Translations under genes and position numbers: made by a program
The notes under the pieces: generated by a model
Seen by the model: the letters and a program-made list of their open reading frames with translations, nothing else
Database searches by the model: none
Told to the model about the DNA's origin: nothing
Shown here: one piece after another, positions 24,874-36,063 of the stretch
Position numbering within the stretch: position 1 is the stretch's first letter
Layout: every line of letters begins with the position of its first letter
Origin: Isurus oxyrinchus
Taxonomy: Eukaryota
Direction of reading: 5' to 3'
Assembly (NCBI GenBank): GCA_026770705.1
Contig: JANJGN010000038.1
Span: 13,268,001 to 13,332,000, forward strand
DNA: 64,000 bases

Positions 24874-26057
24874 AAAAATGCCTTTTTCAGTAATATTTGA
24901 ATTCCTATTCATGACCTGAGTTCCTTTATGACAATTCTCATGTGCTGCTTATAAGAGGCTGAGTGGGAGCAGATATGGAGCTGACCGCAGGAATGTTGGG
25001 TGGCATCCTGTTTTTCATTCTGCTGGCCTGTAGGTATAAGGGGACCACTGCAGCCACCTCCATCCCTGCTCCCAGGCAGCTTTGATAAGCAGAAGTATAA
25101 AGTGCAAGCGATAATACTGCATCATTGTCATATCTGCTCCGACTTATCCCTTTCCACCAAAATGTACTTCTTATAAAATAGCTTGAGAAAAGTTCCAATT
25201 TCCATAGCAACCTGCAACAGGCGCTGGTGATAAATTATTAAAATAAATTTCAGATAGATACTAACGGTGTGTGGATTCCATCCTGAGCAGACTCCACGCC
25301 CGCTAATATCGGCCCTAAATAAATAAATAAACAGCTTACTAAGTTCCAGAAACACAGCCAAATTTCCATGATTACAGGGTCGGGTGGGATCGAGGACATG
25401 GACTCTTGCCGAGCCCTTGGAGGCGAAATGCAACTTCCTGATTAGAGCATACATTGACTCCCAGTAGTTGAGGTTCAGTTCCCTCCCGCTAAAGCGGTGA
25501 ACATCTCATAGGTGTGCCGAAATGACGGAAGAAAATTCAAGGCAATTGTATTTTATTAGGTGAATTTGCAATTGCAGTTATTAAAATAATAATAATAATA
25601 ATCTCTGATCTGTTCTCCATTTATGTTGCACCTGGTGCAGACCAGGGCCGCAAGTCAATCATATTATCTAAAGAATCAATATCTGGCCTCCATTTTTGAA
25701 AAGAATTAGGGTGGTGTCAAATTCTATTGCAGTGCTACCATAATGGTAGAAATCTCAATTAACCAAGCGCAAATATTCCAATACATAAGTGAGGAGAAAC
25801 TTGAATTCCTATTGCGTCTTCTAGGTCCCCAGATCACCGCATAGCGCCTGACAAGCTATGAGATTATTTTTGAAGTGTAGACACCACTGTGTTGTCAGAA
25901 ACCCAGCAGTTAATTTGCTCACATCAAACTCCTTTAATGAGCCTTTAATTGCAACACCTGATTCGATGGTGGCCGACAGATAAATACTGGTCGAAACATG
26001 GTGGAAATGGTTTATCGTTATCTTAGAAAAGAACAAAGATGTTTCTTTTAATTTTAG

Positions 26058-26372
26058 GTCTGACACCTCCAATAATCAGTCTCTTCTACCTTGCAACTTC
26101 TCAACTGAGAGCAAACGGTTTTGTGGAACTGCTTTGCCTCATCAGCGACTTCAAGCCAGAAAGCATTGGGGTGACTTGGCAGAAGAACGGAAACAGCATA
26201 CGCTCTGGCTTTACCACTACACCCCCAGCTAAAACATCAAAAGGAGACTTCAAATCCACGAGCCACCTGAAAGTGCCTCTTCAGGAATGGAGCAGCGGTT
26301 CCGTGTACAGGTGCAAAGTGACCCATTCCGCAACAAATACTAACAAGCAGAAAGAAATTAGATCAACGTCAG
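26058..26372 (+). CDS. IgNAR: IgNAR constant exon C1
   Basis: attttag| ... G|GTGAGG, 315 nt; (G)LTPPIISLFY...LLCLISDFKPESIGVTWQK...VPLQEWSSGSVYRCKVTHSAT...KEIRSTS, C1-set Cys/Trp pattern. Confidence 0.95.
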
Positions 26373-26789
26373 GTGAGGAAATCTAACCAATTCACACGGT
26401 TTGCAGATGACAAACATGGTTACTTTAATAGTATCAGATTAACTGGGATGTTATTGCAATAATTTATCTTTTCGGATTCAAGGTCCTGCAACGGGCAACA
26501 CTGAGTGTGATCAGTGACAAGGCCAGATGCAGTGAAACGCTACAATAAAAGTTGTTGGAAGAGTTTTAGCAGCACTGACAACTGTATATGATGGTGCTTT
26601 TTGAAAGTGCGAAAGAGTGTCATGAACGGCCGAATGGTCTCCTGCTGCTCTCTAGCATTATCTGTTGCACTGGCAATGCCTGAAATTTGGATGGTGCTCA
26701 CAGTTAGGCGAATTTTGCAAAAGGCATTTCCATATCGCTTTCTGATGAATGTCATGTTACAGTTAATGTGCACATTGAACATATTGAGT

Positions 26790-28058
26790 TGAGCATATTG
26801 AGTTCTTTGAAGATGTGACAAGCAAAGTGGACAATGGTGATCCTGAAGATTTAATATACCTAGACTTTCAGTAGGCCTTTGATAAGGTGCCACACAAAGA
26901 TTATTACACAAAATAAGATCACACGGAATTAGGGGTAATATATTAGATTGGATAGAGGATTGGCTAATCAACAGAAAGCAAAGAGTCAGAAATAAATGGG
27001 TCTTTTTTCTGGATAGCAAGCTTTAACTAGTGGGGTGCCACGGGGTTCGGTCCTTGGGCCCCAACTATTTACAATCTATGAAAATAACTTTGATTCATAG
27101 TTAGAAGGTACTATAACTAGGTTTGCAGATGACATCAAAACAGGTCGGAAAGTAAGTTGCAATGCAGAAGTAAGACATTTAAAAATGGATATGGACAGGT
27201 TAGCTGAATAGGATGAAATTTCGCAGATGGAGTTTAAAGTGGATAAATGTGAGGTTATCTATTTTTGTCGAAAGAATAAAATGGCGACTTATTGTTTAAA
27301 TGGAGAGAAACTTCAGAATGCCACCGTGCAGGGGGACATGGGCGTCCTCGTGCATGAATCGCTGAAAGCTAGTGTGCAGGTACTGCAGGTGATAAGGAAG
27401 GCAAATGGAATTTGTTGGCATTTATTGCTCAAAGAATAGAATATAAAAATAGGGAAGTGTTTGTTGCAACTGTACAAGGCATTGGTGAGACTGCACCTGG
27501 GGTACTGTGCATAGTTTCCCCTTTACTTGAGGAAGGATATAGCTGCACTGGAGGCGGATCAAAAGAGGTTCACTGGATTGATTCCAGAGATGCGGGACTT
27601 GTCTTTTGAGGAGAGATTGAGCAGTTTAGGCCTATACTCGCTCGAGTTTAGAAGGAAGACAGGAGATCTAATTGAGGTATATAAAATTCTAAAGGGGAAA
27701 GGAGAAGTAAACAAGGAGGGGGTGTTTCCCCTTGTCGGGCATTCGAGAAGAAGAGGCCGTAGTTTTAGTCTAAGGGGTTGTACTTTTAAATCAGAGATGA
27801 GGAGGAGTTACTGCTCTCAAAGGGTCGTGAACCTGTGAAATTCACTATCTCAGAGTGCAGTGGAAACCGGGACACTGAATAAATGTAAGGAGGAGATAGA
27901 CAGATTTTGAATAAGTAACGGGTTGAAAGGTAATGGGGAGAGGGCGGAAAAATAGAGTTGAGGCCAAAATGAGATTGGCCATGATCGTATTGAATGTCGG
28001 GGTAGGCTTGAGGGACTGAATTGCCCATTGCTGCTCCTAGTTCTCATGTTCTTATAAC
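26790..28058 (+). mobile_element. CR1-type LINE 3' portion
   Basis: DFQ.AFDKVPH-like, SGVP.GS.LGP-like and FADD-like segments, RLSSLGLYSLEFRR; 3' tail ttctcatgttctta. Confidence 0.85.
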
Positions 28059-28337
28059 CTGTTATGATATTACCAGAAACAAATGTTGAGCCACCCTACC
28101 CAGAGAATTCACCAAATTTCTGCAGGCAAAATAGAACAGAGTGATAGGGCAAATGGATATATTTTCAGTGAAATGGGTCAAACTATATATCCTCGTTCAG
28201 ATAACTATTCCAATTGCCGGTGTGGATTCTATTTGCTGCTGGGTATTGGTACAAAAGTTTACAAGCAAGATGAAAAGGACGAATGGAGCTGAGAGAAAGC
28301 AAGGACATTGAAAGAGACAGTGGAAGTCACCTGTCAC

Positions 28338-29444
28338 CGGCAGGACGTTCCAGATCAGGAGATGCCCACACTGTCAGCCGAAGAATCAGGGTGAGGTGTA
28401 GGGGCTGGGTGGGTTGTTGGGGAGCGCGGGGCAGGGGAGCTTTGTAGTTGGATCACATCCCCACTAATTGCAGCAACCCCTGAAAGAGGAGCATTAATTT
28501 GCTCGAACCAGACTTGTGTCACGAAATCAGGTGGATGTTCCACCAGGGAGCTGCTAACCAATCTGATTGGCTGGCAGCACTGTTTTCCCAGCAGCACCAG
28601 TAGCAGCAGTGGGCAGGACACAAAATTTCCACCGACTCTAAATCTCGGACTCCAGGGTCATATAAGTGTCAGGTGTTTCACCGCTGGCAGGGGAGATGAT
28701 GCCACTGGTATGCAGAAAAGGTTAAGCCATCCTTATGCAGAGTCTGGGGTGGAAGCAAGCGAGCATCCGTAGTTGGCAGGCTTTGGGAGGGCGTCCGAAG
28801 TAGAAAAGACATACTGGTGTTAAGATAGTGTCATGGAGGGTAATCTCCTTGGGACGTGTCATCCAATGTAGAAACGGGCGACCCAGGCCACACTTGAGGA
28901 ATTGTGGAACGGGTTTTGCCTGCTGGGGATGACTCACAGCACGGCACCTACTTCATGACTCTGGGTCCCAACACCAGCCACTAAGTGCCTTGAAGGAGGC
29001 GACCTGCCTCCGTACAAGATAAATTGTTCTGCACACCACATGGTGACAGGTCTGCCTACAGCTCTGTTCATACCAAAATCCTTAAGTGATTATTAATTTC
29101 TCATTTAGTGGTCTCAATTGGCAGAGAGAAGAGAATGTTGAACCCAACCATTCCGCCCTCAAGCAATCAGGTTGAAGGCGGGGCTTTTACCCACTACCTT
29201 CCCTCTAGATTAAAGGCCCTCCGCACCTCAAACCACCTCACTCGAGAGGGGACAAGGTTCCATCCAACTGGTCAGTAATAGCCACTTAAAGGCCTCAGTT
29301 CGGGCGAGCGCAGGCCACTCTCCCCAGCAAATTTGTGAACACTTTGCTTGCAGGCGGGAGGGCGGTGGGAAGGCAAGACGGGTGAATTGTTACCCCTTCC
29401 TACACTGTCTGCAAACTTGCCAGTGGGGGTTGAAAATTCTGCCC
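28338..29444. mobile_element. Possible GC-rich non-autonomous DNA transposon
   Basis: Ends cggcaggacgttc / gaaaattctgccc resemble the TIRs of the 62018 element; flanks CAC/TAC; GC-richer than surroundings. Confidence 0.45.
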
Positions 29445-29579
29445 TACTTCTCACTTTCTGCCTATTTCTCCTTTTACCCTCCTCTAGGCTGCCTCTCTTC
29501 TTTATGCCTCATCCGTTTTCTCTGATATTTTGCTCCTGTATCTGGCTAAGACAGATTTTTATCTGCCTGTGTTTCTGCT

Positions 29580-29660
29580 TCCCTTCCTCTCTCTCTCAAT
29601 TCTCTCTCTCTCTAATCTCTCTCTCTCACTCTGTCTCTCTTGCTCTCTCTTTCTCTTTGT
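29580..29660 (+). repeat. Imperfect (CT)n microsatellite
   Basis: Direct reading. Confidence 0.8.
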
Positions 29661-29917
29661 GTTAAGGTTGACAGTCTTCCAGTAACTGTATTTTTCCCCT
29701 GCTCCTAGACACTCAGTCTAACTGAACAGTTCAAAGTGTGATTCATGTCAACATCCACGTAAACAGCACAATTAGAGGTTAAGTTCAACAATCATCAGTG
29801 AAAAGCCTGATTTGTCAAACTAACGATTGTCACTTATATTAAAATTCATGTAGAATAAGTAGAATCTTCAACATTAAAGCCTCCTCGAGATTTTAATTCC
29901 TTGTTTCTCACTTATAG

Positions 29918-30223
29918 AGGTCACAGTGCTTCTCAGAGATCCCTCACTTGAAGATATTTGGATCAAGAAAACTACCACCTTAGTGTGTGAAGTGCTGTCC
30001 AAATTTCTCACTGAGGTTGTGATCATCTGGAGGGTGAATGGAAAGGTGAGGACTGAAGGTGTTACAAGCGAAACAGGTACACAAGATGGTAACCTGTACC
30101 TGATCATCAGCCGCTTGACAAGCAGCGTGGAAGAGTGGGAGAGCGGGGCTGAATACTCATGTTCAGCAAACGACAATCTATCATCGACTCCGGTATCAAA
30201 AGGCACACGGAAGGGAAAAGTAG
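29918..30223 (+). CDS. IgNAR: IgNAR constant exon C2
   Basis: cttatag| ... G|GTAAGT, 306 nt; (E)VTVLLRDPSLEDIWIKKTTTLVCEV...SRLTSSVEEWESGAEYSCSA...TRKGKV. Confidence 0.94.
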
Positions 30224-30334
30224 GTAAGTTTATATCTATATATAAAATATCAAATATCAACATGCTCACACATATTGCCTTGTTTACGAACGGCAATGGA
30301 GTTAATGCTAATAATGGTTTAACTTTTGTTACAG

Positions 30335-30652
30335 TCGAGCCGGTGAAGCCAAATCTCCGGCTCTTGCCTCCATCACCAGAAGAAATTCAAAATGCCAAAG
30401 CCGCAACCCTCACTTGTTTGATAAGAGGATTCTACCCGGACAAAATAACCATTTCCTGGGAGAAGGATGGAGCTGCTGTGAGATCGAACATCACTAGTTT
30501 CCCCCCGGCCCTTGAACAGGACCGGACCTTCAGCACAAGGAGCCTCCTCACTTTACCTGAAGCGGAATGGAAGTCAGGAGCAAGATACACCTGTGCCGCC
30601 TCACATCCACCTACACAATCCACAGAAAATAAGTCCATCAGCAATCTGAAAG
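30335..30652 (+). CDS. IgNAR: IgNAR constant exon C3
   Basis: ttttgttacag| ... G|GTAAAA, 318 nt; (V)EPVKPNLRLLPPSPEEIQ...LTCLIRGFYPDKITISW...EWKSGARYTCAASH...ISNLK. Confidence 0.94.
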
Positions 30653-31959
30653 GTAAAAACGGTTTCTCAGTTTGTATTTCCACAATCAGGGTTTGTGCTT
30701 AAGTCCATAGCAACACCGCGGAAAACGCAAAGGTTGCAGGGACTAAAAAATGTATCACAACCAATTAACGTGCCCTAAACTCCCAGATAGCACCGAGATG
30801 GTGCAATACTCAGCGCTCAATATGTCCACCTCCACATGCAATTTGAGAATACAGTATTGATAAGAGACAGGATAAGAATGTCTGGGACTTTACTTCACAG
30901 TATTCTGCTAATGAGCACTTTATTTAGATGGTGCTAAGCACACCCTAAGGCACACTGTGTTCCACACTGTGTTGATAAGGCTTTGCGTGGTCCACTTCAC
31001 TCTTTACTTTCTGCTTTAACAAAGCACAACAGAGATTGCTTTTCAGCAGTGAATTCAGAAGCAGAAACAGCCAGTTACTAGGGAGTTAAACAATTGAAGT
31101 AGTTTTGTATAATTCTAGTCTTGAGACCGACTGGAACAAATGTATTCGAAGTCACAGGACTGGACAGAATAACATCTTCATGGACTGAACCTAATCAAGT
31201 TTATTTATTTTTATGAATTTAATTGCCTGTGATAAACATTTTCATTTCTGGTGGTATAGACACATTTTGGTTGAAGACAAAAACAATTCTGCACGATGAT
31301 TTACCCAAATCCTCAGTGATAAGGCCGGGAATATTCAGATTTCCTAGGAGGCTGGATCCCAGCACTTTGCTGAGTTCGTTGATCTTGATATTTAGTGACT
31401 GGGTCCTGATAATTGGCCTCAGTACCTCTACAATTGGGCAGTAGCAATATTATATGGTTTGATTCCCAATCTACGTTAACTATCCATGCGCCAATTTGGA
31501 ATGAAAGGGGGCAAAATTGGGTGCGATGCATTCAGGGCATAATAACGTGCTGGTACTTTCTGAATATGCAGGTTCATGGAGATGAACTATTGGCTTATGT
31601 TCGAGAGCTGTCGAACAGAACTCAATAGTGAGCAATGGCATTAAAGGAGTAAATACTGCGACTGACGCAGCCCCACTCTCTTAAATCTGGAGCCCCATTA
31701 GATCACTGAACATCTCTGCATTGCAATATCAATCTACTCATAATAATGTTCCCTAAGTAAGGCTGTTTTTCCTTACTGGGTTAACCAAACTGAACCGGTG
31801 GCTCTTAGAACTTACAGTGGCCTGGGCATATCTGGTAGAAGAGGAGGGACCCTTCATTTGCTCCTCCTACGACCTGAGGAGGCATCGTCGGTGTCGACAT
31901 ATTTGCACATCTGCTGATGGCATGAGTGGACGAGGCTCGTGATACATTCACAGTAAAGT

Positions 31960-32450
31960 AATTCACAGAGGAGTTTTACCCGGTGGCTGCCTCTCTGGAG
32001 GTTATTAGTTATGAGCAGAGGTTGGAGAAACCTTCGGATTGTTCTCACTAGAGCGACGGTGATTGAGGGGCGACTTGATAGAAATTTACAAAATTATGAG
32101 TGGCATGGACAGAGCAGATAGCCAGAAGCTTTTTCCCGGGGTGGAAGAGTCAATTACTAGAGAACATAGATTTAAGGTGAGAGGAGAAAACTTTAGAGGA
32201 GATGTACGGGGCAAGTTTTTTATGCAGAAGGTAGTGAGTGTCTGGAATTCGCTGCCAGAGCAGGTGGTGGAAGCAGTTACCTTTGTGATGTTTAACAGGC
32301 ACCTTGACAAATACATGGATAGGATTGGAATAGAGACATACGGACCACGAAAGTGCAAAATGTTTTGGTTGACGGGCAACATGATCGGCGCAGGCTTGGA
32401 GGGCCGATGGGCCTGTTCCTGTGCTGTACTTTTTTTTGTTCTTTGTTCTA
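31960..32450 (+). mobile_element. CR1-type LINE 3' end (same subfamily as 23870-24355)
   Basis: RGDLIEIYKIM...KVVSVWNSLPEQVVEA; near-collinear with 23870-24355. Confidence 0.85.
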
Positions 32451-32494
32451 AAATAGGCTGCTGATGCACTTTCTCCTTGCTGACCCACTCACAA

Positions 32495-32888
32495 CGGGAT
32501 GTGATCTTCGCTGACTGGGCCAGCACTTATTGCCCATCCCTAGTGGCCCATGAGAATGTGGTGGTGAGCTGCCTTCTTGACCGCTGCTATTCATGTGATG
32601 TATGTAAACCAACAGTGCTGTTAGGAAGGAAGCTTCAGGGTTTTCACCCAGTGGCAGTGAAGAGAAGGCAACTTAGTTCCAAGACACAATCCAGAGCTGG
32701 AAATATATTTATAGTTTCTGTCACTGTCATTGGGTCAAAATCCTGGAATTCCCTTCCTAACAGTGCTGTGGGTGTACCCACACCACATGGATTGCAACGG
32801 TTCTAGAAGGCAGCTCACCATCACCTTCTCAATGCCAATTATGGATGGGCAATAAGTGCTGGCCCAGCCAGCGAACCCACATTCTGAG
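32495..32888. repeat. Inverted pair of SINE/LINE 3'-end fragments (~170-bp arms)
   Basis: 32495-32665 is the reverse complement of 32714-32888 (e.g. gggccagcacttattgcccatcc / ggatgggcaataagtgctggccc). Confidence 0.8.
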
Positions 32889-33259
32889 GACGAAAAGCAA
32901 TGGACATTTGACAGGGACACTCAAAGTGACATTCCACGTTGGATCTTTTACCTTAAAATAATGTTTATGTGATACAGTTAAACGTGCCATGTTGGTTCAT
33001 TTAATTACAAGGAAACCGTTAGAAAATAACCTGAAACATTCCATTTTCTTTGCTGGAAGGATGATCGGAGCATTGCAGTGTTGAAATCAGCCCCTTTCAA
33101 ACACAGGGACTTTTTTTCTGTCAAATTGTTGCAAAATTCCTTCTCGTGGATAATCGGTTTGCTGTTTAGACTTATTGAGATGGCTCGTTTTATTACACTC
33201 AGTCATTATTATTTTTTTCATTTCCTCATTCCCTCTAAATATTTTCTTTTGCTGCCAAA

Positions 33260-33855
33260 TGAGGAGAGAATATATAAACTAAAGGCTGCAATTCCGAAGG
33301 GGTTGCAGGAACAGAGAGACTTGTCCTTCTATCTGTGCAAATCATTGATGAGCGTGGGGAAACTGGAGACAATGGTTAAACAATGAGAACCAGGGCTGTA
33401 CAAACAGAGGCAGGGAGTTCCAAAACAAGGAGATTATGTTCAAACTTTATTCCAGTTTAGGTCAAATCAGTATTTTATAATGTGTCCATTTCTGGGCACC
33501 ACAACTCAGGAAGAATATGAAATCTTTCGAGAGAGTGCGGAAAGGAATTGTGAGAAAAATTTCAGGGTTACGGGAATCAATTACGTAGGTAGATTCTGAA
33601 GGGAAGGGCTGCTCTCTTTGGATAAGAGGAAGTTGAAAGGAGATTTGTAAAGTGATTAAATCAGACACCCCAACAGGCAAGTAAGTGGTCACATCTGACA
33701 ATCTGCATAAATGTTGCTCTTTCAGGGAATCAAAGGATATGTATAGTGGGCGGGGAGCTGGAGATGGAGGCGAAGGTCATGATCATAATGAATGGCCGGA
33801 GAGCCTTCAGGGATCGAGTGGCCTGCTGCTGCTCCGAATCTTTATGTTCTTATTT
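33260..33855 (+). mobile_element. Degenerate CR1-type LINE 3' fragment
   Basis: Decayed ORF2 C-terminal and 3' UTR motifs (tgtgtccatttctgggcaccaca; atgaatggccggagagcc). Confidence 0.55.
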
Positions 33856-34634
33856 CCCTGACCAGAAGCAGAATTTTATTTTTTTAAAAACTATCCCCCC
33901 CCCCCCCACTCCCTCATTTTTGTTGGTAACCCTGTTATTGCAGTCAATGCACAGATAGTATAGAAGACCTATCCATTTCCGCTAATTTAAACTTTGAGTA
34001 CCTCTGGGCCAGGCATATCATGGTAAACTGATGCATTTCCTCACATTAGATTCTGCAAAACAATTGTTTGCTTAAACTCAAAATTCCAGCGGCGCTCCTT
34101 CCAAACTGGATGGTATTTTACTCTCTCTAAAACATTCCACTCTCCAAGTCAGAGAGTGAACTTGGTGTCAAATAATGCAGAACATCTACAAAGTTTTGTT
34201 CAGGGAACGCGTCCGCCCTTTGATCAGTCCTGGGAAAATTAATTTCGGGGCAAAACATTGGGTCATAAATAGAGGAAACTTTTAATCACGTTACATGAGT
34301 GGGAAAAGAATTCGGCACCTACAGGCCACTAGACAGTGTTCGACCTCCACTATCAGTGCAAATAAAATAAAATATTCAGTCCCTGTCAGAGTAATTGATG
34401 AGCCGTGGAAACAATTGCAGAGAATATTATTCAGAACATGATCCATGGAAGCCATAGGGATGAAAACAATAAGTCTAGTAGAGCACAGCATCATGTTATC
34501 TCAACCAGCAACAGGATAATAACAACACAATCACATTTCAGTAAGTACTGGTTCACAGTTTTTAGCATTCTGCAGTGGTTGTCATCCGTGATTTCAACAT
34601 GACAAATTAAACAACCATTCGCTTTTCTTTCCAG

Positions 34635-34955
34635 CTGATTGCCCTGAGCAAGACTTTTCTGTCAATATATTGAACCCTCCATTTGAAGAGATATGGGTTC
34701 GAAAGACAGCGACCATTGCTTGTGAAATCCTTTTCAGTGAGTTAGAAAACGTCAGCGTGTCCTGGCAAGTGGATGGGAGAATTCGAACGGAAGGAGTTGA
34801 GACCCAGAATCCTGAGTGGAGTGGAAGCAATTCGGCCATCGTGAGCAAACTGACGGTCACTGCGGCAGAGTGGGACAGTGGGGTGGAATATGTCTGTGTC
34901 GTAGAAGGAAGTGAATTACCAACACCAAAGAGACGCTCAACCAGGAAATTAAAGG
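34635..34955 (+). CDS. IgNAR: IgNAR constant exon C4
   Basis: ttttctttccag| ... G|GTAAGC, 321 nt; (A)DCPEQDFSVNILNPPFEEIWVRKTATIACEI...EWDSGVEYVCVV...RKLK; extra N-terminal Cys. Confidence 0.95.
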
Positions 34956-35398
34956 GTAAGCAGGGATAACTCTCGTTCACGGGCTGATCCAATTGCCAAT
35001 GGCCCCAAACGAAAATAAAAAGCAGGCCAACCGTTAAATGCTAGTATAATCAATGAAATACAGTCCCGGGTCCTACCAGTCACCATGTTGATGAAAACTA
35101 TGGTAAAGAAAATGTAAGAAATGTGAAACTGCTGCTCCCCCCACCCTCAACAGTGTCAGAATTTTTTAAAGTGCTTTCTCCAACTCTTTGGGAAAAAATC
35201 GGGCCACAAAGCAAACAATAAAAAGAAAAACTATTAATGACAGCCATTTGCAAGGAACAAGATCTTTAAACCTCAGAGATAGAAAATATTCCAAATTTCC
35301 AAATACATGGTATTTCTAAGAGAAGAAAATGGTTAGTGAAGACCAAAACAATATACAGAGTCAGATTCAAACGTATTTGTATATTTCTCTCTTTACAG

Positions 35399-35742
35399 CT
35401 GGCACAATGATTAGTCCCAAAGTCTACATTCTGCCTCCATCAGAGGACGAGATCGGCACTGAGAATACGGCAACACTGGTGTGTCTCGCCACCGGTTTTT
35501 ATCCTGCTGAGATTTACATCGCTTGGATGGCCAATGACACCCTTCTGGATTCAGGTCATCCGAGCCAACCGGAGAGCGAGAAGGGAAATGGTTCCAGCTT
35601 CTTAGCCAGCAGATTGAAACTCACCGTGGCCGAGTGGAACACTGGCACCACTTACTCCTGTTTAGTGGGCCACCCGTCCCTCGAGAAGAATTTAATCCGA
35701 AGTATTAATAAATCCCACGGTAAACCTTCTTTAGTTAACTGA
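35399..35742 (+). CDS. IgNAR: IgNAR constant exon C5 plus truncated secretory tail (internal donor for the membrane form after 35719)
   Basis: ctctttacag|; (A)GTMISPKVYILPPSEDEI...LVCLATGFYPAEIYIAW...EWNTGTTYSCLVGHPSL...INKSHGKPSLVN*; internal donor CACG|GTAAAC in the Gly-Lys codons as in Ig mu. Confidence 0.94.
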
Positions 35743-36007
35743 CAGTCTTAAATCATGTACATAATCTGCCATGATTGACGAGGCCTTTCCTGTAGAAATG
35801 TCACTGCTGTGTGTTTCCTAATTATTTCATCATCGGAATCAGCAAATCTCCCAATCATCTGACCTCACAATCACCCTCCAGGGCTGCGAACAATTGTTCG
35901 CATTTTATACAAGTTGCCATATTATCAAAAATCTCATGAAGGGTTTAGTGACGCTATTTGACATACATAACAGGGTTGGTTTGTCTGTATGTGGCAGAAC
36001 TGATTGC

Positions 36008-36063
36008 AATAAAAGCAAAATGAAAACTGGCTGCCTTGCCTATTCATGGTTTGTGTGTGTGTG
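36008..36063 (+). terminator. Secretory-form polyadenylation signal
   Basis: AATAAA at 36008-36013 followed by a GT-rich element (tggtttgtgtgtgtgtg) at about 36047-36063. Confidence 0.75.

Noticed and set aside
29874-34992. Minus-strand ORFs overlapping C2, C3 and C4 (also 9959-10234 over V)
   Set aside because: Antisense shadows of coding exons with no recognisable domain.
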